Positions 30,786 to 39,417 are shown, counted from the stretch's first letter. The stretch is 46,976 bases of DNA from an uncultured Mycoplasmatota bacterium (GCA_946497925.1 CAMMMG010000004.1:1-46976); one strand, 5' to 3'. Numbers and translations are program-made. The notes: generated by a model not told the origin, from the letters alone.

Positions 30786-31505
30786 ATGCTAGTAAAAGAT
30801 TTAAGAAAGACATTAGAAAAATATGATAAAAAAGAAATGACTGATATAGTAGTAGAACTATATAAGAGACTTCCTAAAAAGGTTAAAGAAGATTATGATA
30901 TTGATAAGTTTATAGAAGATAGTAATAATAAAACTAAAAAAGAAGAAAAGAAAGTTAGTTTCGATGATTTATGTAGTGAAATGAGATATTTTCTTGATTG
31001 TGCTAAAGCGGGATTTTACTCTTCCCCTAATAAAGTTGTTCCTAAAAAAGAAAGAAGTAATTGGAGATTTAAAGCAAAAAGATACTATAAAGAATTAATT
31101 AAAACTATTCCTACTACTGATATAGGAGTTAAAAGTACTAAACTATTAATAGAGTTATATGAATTAGTTAGTAGAGGTACTAATACTTTAGTTTTTACTA
31201 ATTGGGATACTTTTAGAGCTTTAGGAGTAAGTCAAACTGAATACTTTGATATGCTTCTTAAAAGAGTTTTATCTACAGGAGAATCTATTAATAATATAAA
31301 GGTATGTATAGATTTATTAGATAACTGTAAAGATCCTGATGTACTAGATGAATTCCTAATAAATATCTTTATAGATAATTTAAGAACAGAAGAATCTAAG
31401 TTAACAGCAATTAATTTGTTAGATGAGAAGGTTGTTGAAGTAAAAGAGAAAATAAGAAGTTTAGGAAAAAAATATAATCATTATGATATGTACTATTTAG
31501 AATAA
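30786..31505 (+). CDS. helical hypothetical protein, probably 3'-truncated
   Basis: AAGGAG RBS; the stop falls exactly where homology to the internal MFS segment begins (31506). Confidence 0.65.
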   Translation: MLVKDLRKTLEKYDKKEMTDIVVELYKRLPKKVKEDYDIDKFIEDSNNKTKKEEKKVSFDDLCSEMRYFLDCAKAGFYSSPNKVVPKKERSNWRFKAKRYYKELIKTIPTTDIGVKSTKLLIELYELVSRGTNTLVFTNWDTFRALGVSQTEYFDMLLKRVLSTGESINNIKVCIDLLDNCKDPDVLDEFLINIFIDNLRTEESKLTAINLLDEKVVEVKEKIRSLGKKYNHYDMYYLE

Positions 31506-32344
31506 AAGAAGAAGATAAACATTTAGAATATGAAAGCAAAGGTTCCTTAATTTATGCAATAGTTACAATGTTTACTTCCTTTGTATCTGGTTTTCTTTTT
31601 AATTTAAATAACTATTTACCTATGATATGTTGTCTAATTTTTTGTCTCATAAATCTTTTCTTAGTTAATTTTCTATATGAAGTTAAAACTCCTAATAATA
31701 AGTTAATTAAGAAAGATAAGAGAAAAATTAAAATAACTCATCTTGTGTTTTTAATTTTACTTCTTTTTGCAGTATGCTATGCAATTATAGATTTAGGACA
31801 AAATAATAGTAAGTTATTTATTCAATATAAATTAGATAGTTTCTTATCTTTAGAAAATGTCTCTATCATATTAACTTTAATAGTTAGTGCTTCACGAATT
31901 GTTAGAGTAGTTGCAAATTATTTCTTTATTACAATCTATGAAAAGTATAAAAGTAAGATATTATCTATTATAGGTTATAGTCTTCTTATATCATTTGTAC
32001 TTATCTTAATAGGTAACTTTATACCATTTAAAGTCTTTGGTATTATCTTAATGAGTATAGGCTTTTGTTTATTCCTTGCTATAAGAGATCCATTTGATAA
32101 TTATATTAAAGAATTATTACTTAATAATACTAAACAGGAAGACCATGAGATTATGATAAATAAGTTAAACTTTACAAGAAAATTAGGTAAGTTAATAATT
32201 AGTAGTTTAATTACTTTAATACTTTTAAAAGATAATCTTACTTATGTAATGGTGTTCTTATTAGGACTTTCTTGTTTTAGTTTAGTAATTGTTTATGAAA
32301 TATATAAAATATTAAAGAAAAAGAAATATAGCAAATTAAACTAA
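31506..32344 (+). pseudogene. 5'-truncated second MFS copy
   Basis: EEDKHLEYESKGSLIYAIVTMFTSF aligns with EEEKQLEIESYHSLIYGVVTMFTTF of 27015-28232; the first ~130 codons are absent. Confidence 0.85.
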
Positions 32345-32385
32345 AAACACACACAAGTCAATGTTTGTGTGTGTTTTTAGTTTAA
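32336..32385. repeat. 21-bp perfect inverted repeat inside a 69-bp insertion
   Basis: TTAAACTAAAAACACACACAA-N8-TTGTGTGTGTTTTTAGTTTAA; a degenerate copy lies at ~32585-32630. Confidence 0.9.
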
Positions 32386-32445
32386 AATGGTTGTATATGC
32401 TCAGTATATCTTGAAATATAGATGTTTTTTGTTTTATTATTTTTT

Positions 32446-32491
32446 CTAATTTTTATGCACAAAATAAAATAAATTTGTGCATAAAAATTAG
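32446..32491. repeat. 18-bp perfect inverted repeat (copy of 28274-28319)
   Basis: CTAATTTTTATGCACAAA-N10-TTTGTGCATAAAAATTAG. Confidence 0.9.
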
Positions 32492-32663
32492 TTATTGACT
32501 ATAAAGTTATATATTATTGATTCATGTTGTAAAAAAACGCAAAAAATATAAAAAGTGTGAGTAAAAGCAACAAAAGTTATTTACGTAAAAACACACACGA
32601 GTTAATATTGTTGTATGCTTTTACTTTAAAATATTTTATTCTATAAGAAATATAGGTGCTTTA

Positions 32664-32705
32664 CGCATTTATGCATATTTTTTTTGTTTTTTGTGCATAA
32701 ACGCG
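32664..32705. promoter_or_regulatory. imperfect inverted repeat upstream of the abiEi promoter, candidate operator
   Basis: CGCATTTATGCATA-N14-TGTGCATAAACGCG, sharing the TTTATGCA core with the repeats above; an extended -10 TGcTACAAT follows. Confidence 0.5.
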
Positions 32706-32765
32706 AAAAAATACCTTTACCTTAATATAATACATATGCTACAATAATGATGTAGGTGGGATATC

Positions 32766-33359
32766 ATGGGAAAAAAAGAAAAAATTTTAAATGTTGTAAA
32801 TAGAAATGGTGGTTATATCACAACGAAAGAGTTGACTAAATATAATATAAACAGGCGTTTTTTAACATCTTTAGTTAAAGAAAAAAAACTTATTAGAGCA
32901 TCTAGAGGTTACTATATTTTTCCAAATGTTTTTTCTGATGATTTCTATATTATTCTTTCAAAATGTAAGAAAGCTGTTTTTTCGGATGCTACCGCTCTAT
33001 ATCTTCATAATCTTTCTGATAGAATACCTTTAGTGTATGATATTACTTTGCCTTATGGGTATGGTAATTGTTATAAAGATATGTCTAATGTATCTCTTCA
33101 TTATGTAAAAAAAGAGCTTATCGATTTAGGTATGATAGAAATAGAGTCTCCTTTTGGTATGAAAATTAAAACTTATGATATAGAAAGAACTATTTGTGAT
33201 ATTATAAAAAATAAAAATAAAATGGATATTGAAGTTTTTACCAAAGCTTTAAAAGAATATTCAGGATTAAAAAATAAAGATTTACTTAAATTAATGAAAT
33301 ATGCAAAAAAATTAAATGTAGAAAAGAAAGTAAGAGAATATATGGAGGTGTTGTTATAA
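32766..33359 (+). CDS. abiEi: type IV toxin-antitoxin antitoxin, AbiEi family
   Basis: N-terminal wHTH (NGGYITT...RGYY), S..TALYLHNL and YDIERTICD; coupled to abiEii. Confidence 0.9.
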   Translation: MGKKEKILNVVNRNGGYITTKELTKYNINRRFLTSLVKEKKLIRASRGYYIFPNVFSDDFYIILSKCKKAVFSDATALYLHNLSDRIPLVYDITLPYGYGNCYKDMSNVSLHYVKKELIDLGMIEIESPFGMKIKTYDIERTICDIIKNKNKMDIEVFTKALKEYSGLKNKDLLKLMKYAKKLNVEKKVREYMEVLL

Positions 33360-34210
33360 TTAATCAAGACAAATTAAAAAGTTTAGTTGCCAAAAAAGCA
33401 TTAGGTAGCACATATAAATCACAAATTTACTTTCAATTATTTTATTTTGAAAGATTATTAGAAAGAATTTCTAAAAGTAAATATAAAAACTATATTATAT
33501 TAAAAGGTGGATTAGTTTTAACTTCAATTATTGGTAGTGATGATAGAACTACTAAAGATATGGATGCAACGGTAAAAGGTATTCCTCTTTCTGAAAATAT
33601 AATTAAAGAAATATTTAAGGAAATATTTAGCATTGATTTGGATGATAGTGTTACTTTTGAACTTATTAGTATTAAAGATATTAGGTTAGAAGATAAGTAT
33701 GGTGGTTTTAGACTAAATATTTTATCAAAATTAGGCAATAATAAAACCTATATTACAGTTGAACTAACAACTGGTGATGAAATAACTCCTAGAGAGATAA
33801 AATTTAGTTATAATTCAATTTTTGAAGATAAAAAAATACCTATTATGGCATATAACATTGAAACGATATTAGCTGAAAAGTTTCATTCTATTATTTCAAG
33901 AGGTATTTTAAATACTCGTTTAAAAGACTTTTACGATGTTTATATGTTATTTAATTTTAAAGAAGATATTATAGATAAAAAATTATTGGTAAAAGCAATC
34001 GAGAACACTTTTAAAAAGAGAGATACTTTAATAGATATAGATGAATTTGTTAATCTTATAGACGATTTATACAATAATGATTCTCTTAAAAAGCTATGGA
34101 GTGAATATCAAAATAAAAATACATATGCTAAAGGTATAGATTTTGTTGATGTAATAGATTCTGTTAAAATAATAGTTAATATACTAGAAGAAACATTAAT
34201 TACTGTTTAA
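33356..34210 (+). CDS. abiEii: AbiEii-family nucleotidyltransferase toxin with a non-canonical start
   Basis: Frame open from ATA 33356 (or ATT 33359) after a GGAGGTG RBS; includes ERLLERIS, LKGG, RTTKDMD, ETILAEK and RLKDFYD. Confidence 0.9.
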   Translation: MINQDKLKSLVAKKALGSTYKSQIYFQLFYFERLLERISKSKYKNYIILKGGLVLTSIIGSDDRTTKDMDATVKGIPLSENIIKEIFKEIFSIDLDDSVTFELISIKDIRLEDKYGGFRLNILSKLGNNKTYITVELTTGDEITPREIKFSYNSIFEDKKIPIMAYNIETILAEKFHSIISRGILNTRLKDFYDVYMLFNFKEDIIDKKLLVKAIENTFKKRDTLIDIDEFVNLIDDLYNNDSLKKLWSEYQNKNTYAKGIDFVDVIDSVKIIVNILEETLITV

Positions 34211-34292
34211 AGAGTTTTGATAAAAATGAGCTTAAATAATAAATAATATTTTAAAAACATAAACTTACTACTGGAAAGGTAGTGAGTTTTTT

Positions 34293-36200
34293 ATGTTTAC
34301 AAGAGGAATAGATAAGAGAATGAAAATAATTCTTTTAATATTTAGTAGTATTTTGTTAGTAATAGTCTTAAGAGTGTTTTATGTACAGGTAGTAGATTAT
34401 AAAAAACTATCAACACTTGCTAGTGACTTATGGAGTAGGAATTTACCTATTGAAGCATCTCGTGGTAGGATTCTTGATAGAAATGGAGTAGTTCTTGCTG
34501 ATAATATTACAACAACATCTTTAGTTTTAATACCTAATCAGATTAAGAATAAAAAAGAAGTTACGACAAAACTTGCAGAGATTTTAGGAGTATGTTTTGA
34601 TGAGATGAAAGAACACGTTTATAAAGAAACATCTATTGAAAGGGTTCATCCTGAAGGAAGAAGACTATCTTATGAAGTTGCCGATAAAATAGAAGCCTTA
34701 AACTTTGATGGGGTTTATTTAGTTAAAGAGTCTAAAAGATATTATCCTTATGAAGAAATGTTATCCCATGTTCTAGGATATGTCGGAATAGATAATCAAG
34801 GTTTATCTGGAATAGAGTTACAGTATGATGATTATTTAATGGGTGAAAATGGTGCGATTAAATATTTTAGTGATGCTAAGGGAAATAAACTAGAACTAAC
34901 TGATTTATATATAGAGCCCCAAGATGGTATGGATTTACAACTTACTATTGATATAAATATTCAAAAGTCTATTGAAAGAGAACTTGATAATGTTGTCGAT
35001 ATGTTTAATCCTGATATGGCTCTTGCCGTTGTTATGGATCCTAAAACAGGAGAGATACTGGCGATGAGTTCTAGACCTAATTTTGATCCTAATAATTACG
35101 GGAATTACTCTCAAGAAGAATTATCTCGTAATCTTCCTATATGGGCTAGTTATGAACCTGGTTCTACCCAAAAGATAGTAACAACGGCTGCGGCAGTAGA
35201 AGAAGGGGTAGTAGATTTATTTAAAGATGAGTTTACTGATACTGGTTCTGTACAAGTTGATACTGCAAGGATTAAATGTTGGAAAGCAGGAGGACATGGA
35301 CACCAGACATTTCTTCAGGTACTTCAAAATTCATGTAACCCTGGATTTGTTAAGATGGGACAATTACTAGGCAAAGAGAGATTATTTCACTATTTAGATT
35401 TATTTGGTTTTGGTTCTAAGACAGGTATAGATCTAAATGGTGAAGGAGAAGGAATTATCTTTCCTCTTGAAAATGTTGGGAACATAGAACTTGCTACTAC
35501 TGCCTTTGGCCAAGGTATTAGTGTCACACCAATTCAACAGATAACAGCGATATCGGCAGTTATTAATGGGGGAGACTTATTAAAGCCTTTTGTCTTAAAA
35601 AATATCTTAGAGCCAGAAACTGGTAATGTAATGGAACATAATAGTAAGACTAAAATAAGGAAAGTAATAAGTGAAAAGACTAGTGAAATTATGAGATATG
35701 CCCTAGAAACAGTAGTTGCCTTAGGTGGTGGTAAATCTGCTTATATAGATGGTTATAGAATAGGTGGTAAGACAGGTACTGCTCAGAAAGCTGTTAATGG
35801 TGCTTATCTTGCGAATAACTACATAATGTCCTTTGTTGGGATAGTACCTTCAAATGATCCAGAAGCAGTTTTATATATTGCAATAGATAATCCGAAAGAT
35901 ACAGCATTATTATCAAGTTATACCACAACTCCTATCGCAAGAAGAATCCTTCTAGATATAATTGATGCTTTAGATATAGAAAAGCAAGAGGGAGGAGTAG
36001 AAAAAGACTATGAATGGACTGATAAAGTCTATTATGAGGTAGCAGATGTAGTAGGTAAAACACCTGAAGAAGCGAAAAAGTTCCTTGAACATTTTTCTAT
36101 AGAATATTCTGGTAGTGGTGATGTGATAATAAGCCAATCTCCAGAAGCAGGAACAAGGCTTGAAGATGGAAGCACAGTTAAATTAATGTTAGGTGAATAG
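34293..36200 (+). CDS. spoVD: stage V sporulation PBP SpoVD with a PASTA domain
   Basis: RGRILDRNG, YEPGSTQK, SCN and KTGTAQK motifs; C-terminal PASTA; sigma-E-like CATAAACT upstream; precedes mraY. Confidence 0.88.
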   Translation: MFTRGIDKRMKIILLIFSSILLVIVLRVFYVQVVDYKKLSTLASDLWSRNLPIEASRGRILDRNGVVLADNITTTSLVLIPNQIKNKKEVTTKLAEILGVCFDEMKEHVYKETSIERVHPEGRRLSYEVADKIEALNFDGVYLVKESKRYYPYEEMLSHVLGYVGIDNQGLSGIELQYDDYLMGENGAIKYFSDAKGNKLELTDLYIEPQDGMDLQLTIDINIQKSIERELDNVVDMFNPDMALAVVMDPKTGEILAMSSRPNFDPNNYGNYSQEELSRNLPIWASYEPGSTQKIVTTAAAVEEGVVDLFKDEFTDTGSVQVDTARIKCWKAGGHGHQTFLQVLQNSCNPGFVKMGQLLGKERLFHYLDLFGFGSKTGIDLNGEGEGIIFPLENVGNIELATTAFGQGISVTPIQQITAISAVINGGDLLKPFVLKNILEPETGNVMEHNSKTKIRKVISEKTSEIMRYALETVVALGGGKSAYIDGYRIGGKTGTAQKAVNGAYLANNYIMSFVGIVPSNDPEAVLYIAIDNPKDTALLSSYTTTPIARRILLDIIDALDIEKQEGGVEKDYEWTDKVYYEVADVVGKTPEEAKKFLEHFSIEYSGSGDVIISQSPEAGTRLEDGSTVKLMLGE

Positions 36201-36319
36201 TCTAAATTTAAAATTTAATCATAAAATTTAATGACAAGAGAAAGTCAAATGAAAAAATATATATAGAATAACAAAAATACTTATGCTATAATACTTAAAG
36301 AAACGAGAGGCGATAAGAC

Positions 36320-37300
36320 ATGTTATTACTTACAAAAGCAGTATTTGCAATTATGATTGGATTTTTATTTAGTGTAGTTTTAGGTCTTGTGCTTTTACCC
36401 CTTTTAAGAAAGTTAAAGGTAGGTCAAAGAATAAGTAGTTATGTAGGATACTCTCATAGGCAGAAAGAAGGTACTCCTACAATGGGAGGATTAATCTTTA
36501 TTATTCCTACTATTATAATTACTTTGGGACTATTAATTACCGATAAGATACCTTATTCTGATAATATAGCGATAGTCTTAGTTGTCTTTTTAGGATTTGC
36601 TATTATTGGATTTTTAGATGATTTTTTATCTTTAAAAAAGCATAATAATGAAGGGCTTACTACATATCAAAAATTACTAGGGCAAGTAATTATTTCTACA
36701 ATATTTTTCTATATCTATATGAAAAATGGAGGACAGACTTCTTTTGTTGTTGGTACTCTTGGTATTGATATAGAACTTACTTGGTTATATGGACTATTTA
36801 TATTATTTATCTTGATAGGAGCATCTAATGCAGTTAATTTAACAGATGGTCTTGATGGCCTTGCAGGAAGTTTGTCTGCAGTTGCTTTCATTGCCTTTGC
36901 TCTTATTTCCTTTGTGGTAGGCTTTGAAGATATTGGTATATTTTGTTTAGTATTAGTAGGTTCTTTGATTGGTTTCTTAGTGTATAATACTCATCCTGCT
37001 AAAGTATTTATGGGTGATACGGGATCCCTTGCCTTAGGTGGTGTTATGGGTGCCGTTGCCATACTAACTCATAGAGAACTTACTTTACTTGTAGTAGCAG
37101 GAGTCTTCGTAATAGAAACGTTATCAGTTATTTTACAAGTATTTTGGTTAAGATTTTTTCATAAAAAGTTATTCTTAATGACACCTTTACATCATCATTT
37201 TGAAAAACTTGGTTGGCAAGAAACTGATATTGTTAAATTATTTGTAGTCTTTGGACTATTACTTGCCATGGGTGGAATTATATTTGGAGTATGGTTATAG
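36320..37300 (+). CDS. mraY: phospho-N-acetylmuramoyl-pentapeptide transferase
   Basis: KEGTPTMGG, GFLDD, NAVNLTDGLDGL, FMGDTGS and PLHHHFE motifs. Confidence 0.97.
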   Translation: MLLLTKAVFAIMIGFLFSVVLGLVLLPLLRKLKVGQRISSYVGYSHRQKEGTPTMGGLIFIIPTIIITLGLLITDKIPYSDNIAIVLVVFLGFAIIGFLDDFLSLKKHNNEGLTTYQKLLGQVIISTIFFYIYMKNGGQTSFVVGTLGIDIELTWLYGLFILFILIGASNAVNLTDGLDGLAGSLSAVAFIAFALISFVVGFEDIGIFCLVLVGSLIGFLVYNTHPAKVFMGDTGSLALGGVMGAVAILTHRELTLLVVAGVFVIETLSVILQVFWLRFFHKKLFLMTPLHHHFEKLGWQETDIVKLFVVFGLLLAMGGIIFGVWL

Positions 37301-37314
37301 AAAAGAGTGATTAG

Positions 37315-38409
37315 ATGAATAAGAAAGGTTATGGTTTGCCTTTATTAGTCACAGTAATACTCTTAGTAACATTTGGACTTATAATGATATATTCAGCTTC
37401 CAGTATTTGGGCAGAATATAAGTTTCACGATAGTTTTCACTATGTGAAACAACAAGCATTATTTACAGTAATAGGATTTATAATAATGTATATAGTTAGT
37501 AAAATAGATTATAATATCTATTTTAAGAAGGCAAATATCATTTTAGGTATTTGCTTTTTATTATTAATTTTAGTTTTAATACCAGGAATAGGTAGTATTA
37601 GAAATGGTAGTCGTAGTTGGTTTGGAATAGGACCATTTGGAGTACAACCTAGTGAATTTATAAAACTAGCATTAATAATATTTACAAGTAAATACTTAGT
37701 TAATAGTAATAAGTTTTTAAAAAGTTATAAGAAAGGAGTTATTCCAATATTAGGGATTGCAACTCTTGCTTTTGGTCTTATTATGTTACAACCAGATTTA
37801 GGTACTGGTTTAGTCTTAATGGTCTCAATTATTGCTATGCTTTTTATTGCAGGAGTTAATATGAAATTCTTTTATATCTTAGGTGTAATAGGAGTAATTG
37901 GTGTAGTAATTCTAATAGCCATTGCCCCTTATCGAATGGATAGAATAACATCATTTCTTGATCCGTGGTCTGATCCTTTAGGAACAGGCTTTCAAATAAT
38001 ACAGTCTTTATATGCAATAGGACCAGGAGGACTACTTGGAACGGGTTTTCTTAATTCAAGACAAAAACATTTCTACTTACCAGAACCTCAAACAGATTTT
38101 ATTTTTTCTATTATCTGTGAAGAATTTGGGGTGGTAGGAGCGATATTTATTGCACTTCTTTTCTTTTTACTCCTATACTTCGGTGTAAAAATAGCATTAA
38201 AGTCAAATGACTTATTTGCCAAGTACTTAGCTTTCGGACTTATCTTTCAAATGATTTTTCAAGCATTAATGAATCTTGCGGTCGTTATAGGTTTAATACC
38301 TGTAACAGGGGTCACTTTACCTTTCTTATCTTATGGAGGAAGTTCTTTATTAATAAGTTTATTAAGTATTGGAATTCTTCTTAATATTGCGAAAAAAAAT
38401 AATCAGTAA
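37315..38409 (+). CDS. spoVE: SEDS glycosyltransferase SpoVE/FtsW
   Basis: QPSEFIK, QPDLGT, LPEPQTDFIF and GVTLPFLSYGGSS motifs; clustered with spoVD. Confidence 0.88.
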   Translation: MNKKGYGLPLLVTVILLVTFGLIMIYSASSIWAEYKFHDSFHYVKQQALFTVIGFIIMYIVSKIDYNIYFKKANIILGICFLLLILVLIPGIGSIRNGSRSWFGIGPFGVQPSEFIKLALIIFTSKYLVNSNKFLKSYKKGVIPILGIATLAFGLIMLQPDLGTGLVLMVSIIAMLFIAGVNMKFFYILGVIGVIGVVILIAIAPYRMDRITSFLDPWSDPLGTGFQIIQSLYAIGPGGLLGTGFLNSRQKHFYLPEPQTDFIFSIICEEFGVVGAIFIALLFFLLLYFGVKIALKSNDLFAKYLAFGLIFQMIFQALMNLAVVIGLIPVTGVTLPFLSYGGSSLLISLLSIGILLNIAKKNNQ

Positions 38410-38452
38410 CGGTATATTATATTAATAGAGATATTTATTTCATTTTTTAGAA

Positions 38453-38481
38453 TTTTGCGGTCCCAACTTGGGACTGCAAAA
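38453..38481. repeat. palindrome variant A (upstream of the ORF6N gene)
   Basis: TTTTGCGGTCCCAA-C-TTGGGACTGCAAAA (14-bp arms, 1 mismatch). Confidence 0.9.
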
Positions 38482-38529
38482 GGTAATGGAATAGGTATTT
38501 AAGATAAGATATAGAAGGAGGTTATAGTT

Positions 38530-39378
38530 ATAAACAATTTAATAGAAATAAAAGATATAAAAATAGAAAATATGATTTATGAAATAAGAGACAAACAAGT
38601 GATGCTAGATAGTGATTTAGCTAAACTATATCATGTTGAAACAAAGAGGATTAATGAAGCAGTTAAGAATAATATGGAGAAATTTCCAGAAAGGTTTAGT
38701 TTTGTTTTAACTAATGAAGAAGCAATAAACTTGAGGTCGAAAATTTCGACCTCAAGATTAAATAATCATGGTGGTAATAGATACGCTCCTAGAGTTTTTA
38801 CAGAACAAGGAGTAGCCATGCTTGCAACAATACTAAAATCTAAAGTTGCTACACAAGTAAGTATAAGGATAATGGATGCTTTTGTAGCCATGAGAAAATA
38901 TATTTCAAGTGATTTAATTGAACATAGTAAAATGCTAATTAATCATGAGAATAGACTTTCTTTATTAGAGAACACTTTCGATAGTTTTAAAGATAAAAAT
39001 AATCATATATTTTATGAAGGACAGATTTATGATGCTTATTCTCTTATGATGAAGATATTTGAAAAAGCTGAAAGTAATATCATTATAATAGATAATTATA
39101 TTGATAAGAATATTTTAGACATATTATCTAAGACTAATAAACAAGTAACGTTAATTACTAATAAATACAAAATACAAGACTATGAAAAGTATAAAGAACA
39201 ATATAATAATGTTACTTTAGTAGTTAATAACTCTTTTCATGATAGATTTATCATTTTAGATAAGAAAGATTTATATCACTCGGGAGCAAGTTTTAAAGAT
39301 TTAGGTAAGAAGTGTTTTGCAATTACTAAGATAGAAAGTAAAGAAATTTTAGATAGTTTGTTAGATAAGTTAGAATAA
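38530..39378 (+). CDS. ORF6N-domain DNA-binding protein with a C-terminal PLD-like domain
   Basis: IYEIR..QVMLDSDLA.LY, FPERF.F.L and FTEQGVAML (ORF6N); IIIDNY...HDRFIILD...YHSGAS.KD (PLD-like). The AAGGAGG RBS points to in-frame ATA 38530; the first ATG is 38572. Confidence 0.88.
   Translation: MNNLIEIKDIKIENMIYEIRDKQVMLDSDLAKLYHVETKRINEAVKNNMEKFPERFSFVLTNEEAINLRSKISTSRLNNHGGNRYAPRVFTEQGVAMLATILKSKVATQVSIRIMDAFVAMRKYISSDLIEHSKMLINHENRLSLLENTFDSFKDKNNHIFYEGQIYDAYSLMMKIFEKAESNIIIIDNYIDKNILDILSKTNKQVTLITNKYKIQDYEKYKEQYNNVTLVVNNSFHDRFIILDKKDLYHSGASFKDLGKKCFAITKIESKEILDSLLDKLE
38730..38756. repeat. palindrome variant B (inside the ORF6N coding sequence)
   Basis: CTTGAGGTCGAAA-A-TTTCGACCTCAAG, perfect 13-bp arms, encoding LRSKISTS. 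Confidence 0.95.
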
Positions 39379-39402
39379 TAACATTAATAGAAATTATTGG
39401 AT

Positions 39403-39417
39403 ATCACAATTTGTGAT
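39403..39417. repeat. palindrome variant C (downstream of the ORF6N gene)
   Basis: ATCACAA-T-TTGTGAT; in the same register it reads W-I-S-Q-F-V-I. Confidence 0.65.

Larger units (their letters stand above)
31506..32570 (+). repeat. direct repeat copy 2
   Basis: Homologous to 27403-28400, with a 69-bp insertion at 32330-32398. Confidence 0.92.

Noticed and set aside
28233-32765. CRISPR array or integron attC array
   Set aside because: The palindromes differ in sequence and spacing, are not regularly interspaced, and no cas or integrase gene is present.
38453-38481. Simple intrinsic terminator for spoVE
   Set aside because: It has a 1-nt centre and no following U-tract on either strand; it fits the ORF6N palindrome family better.
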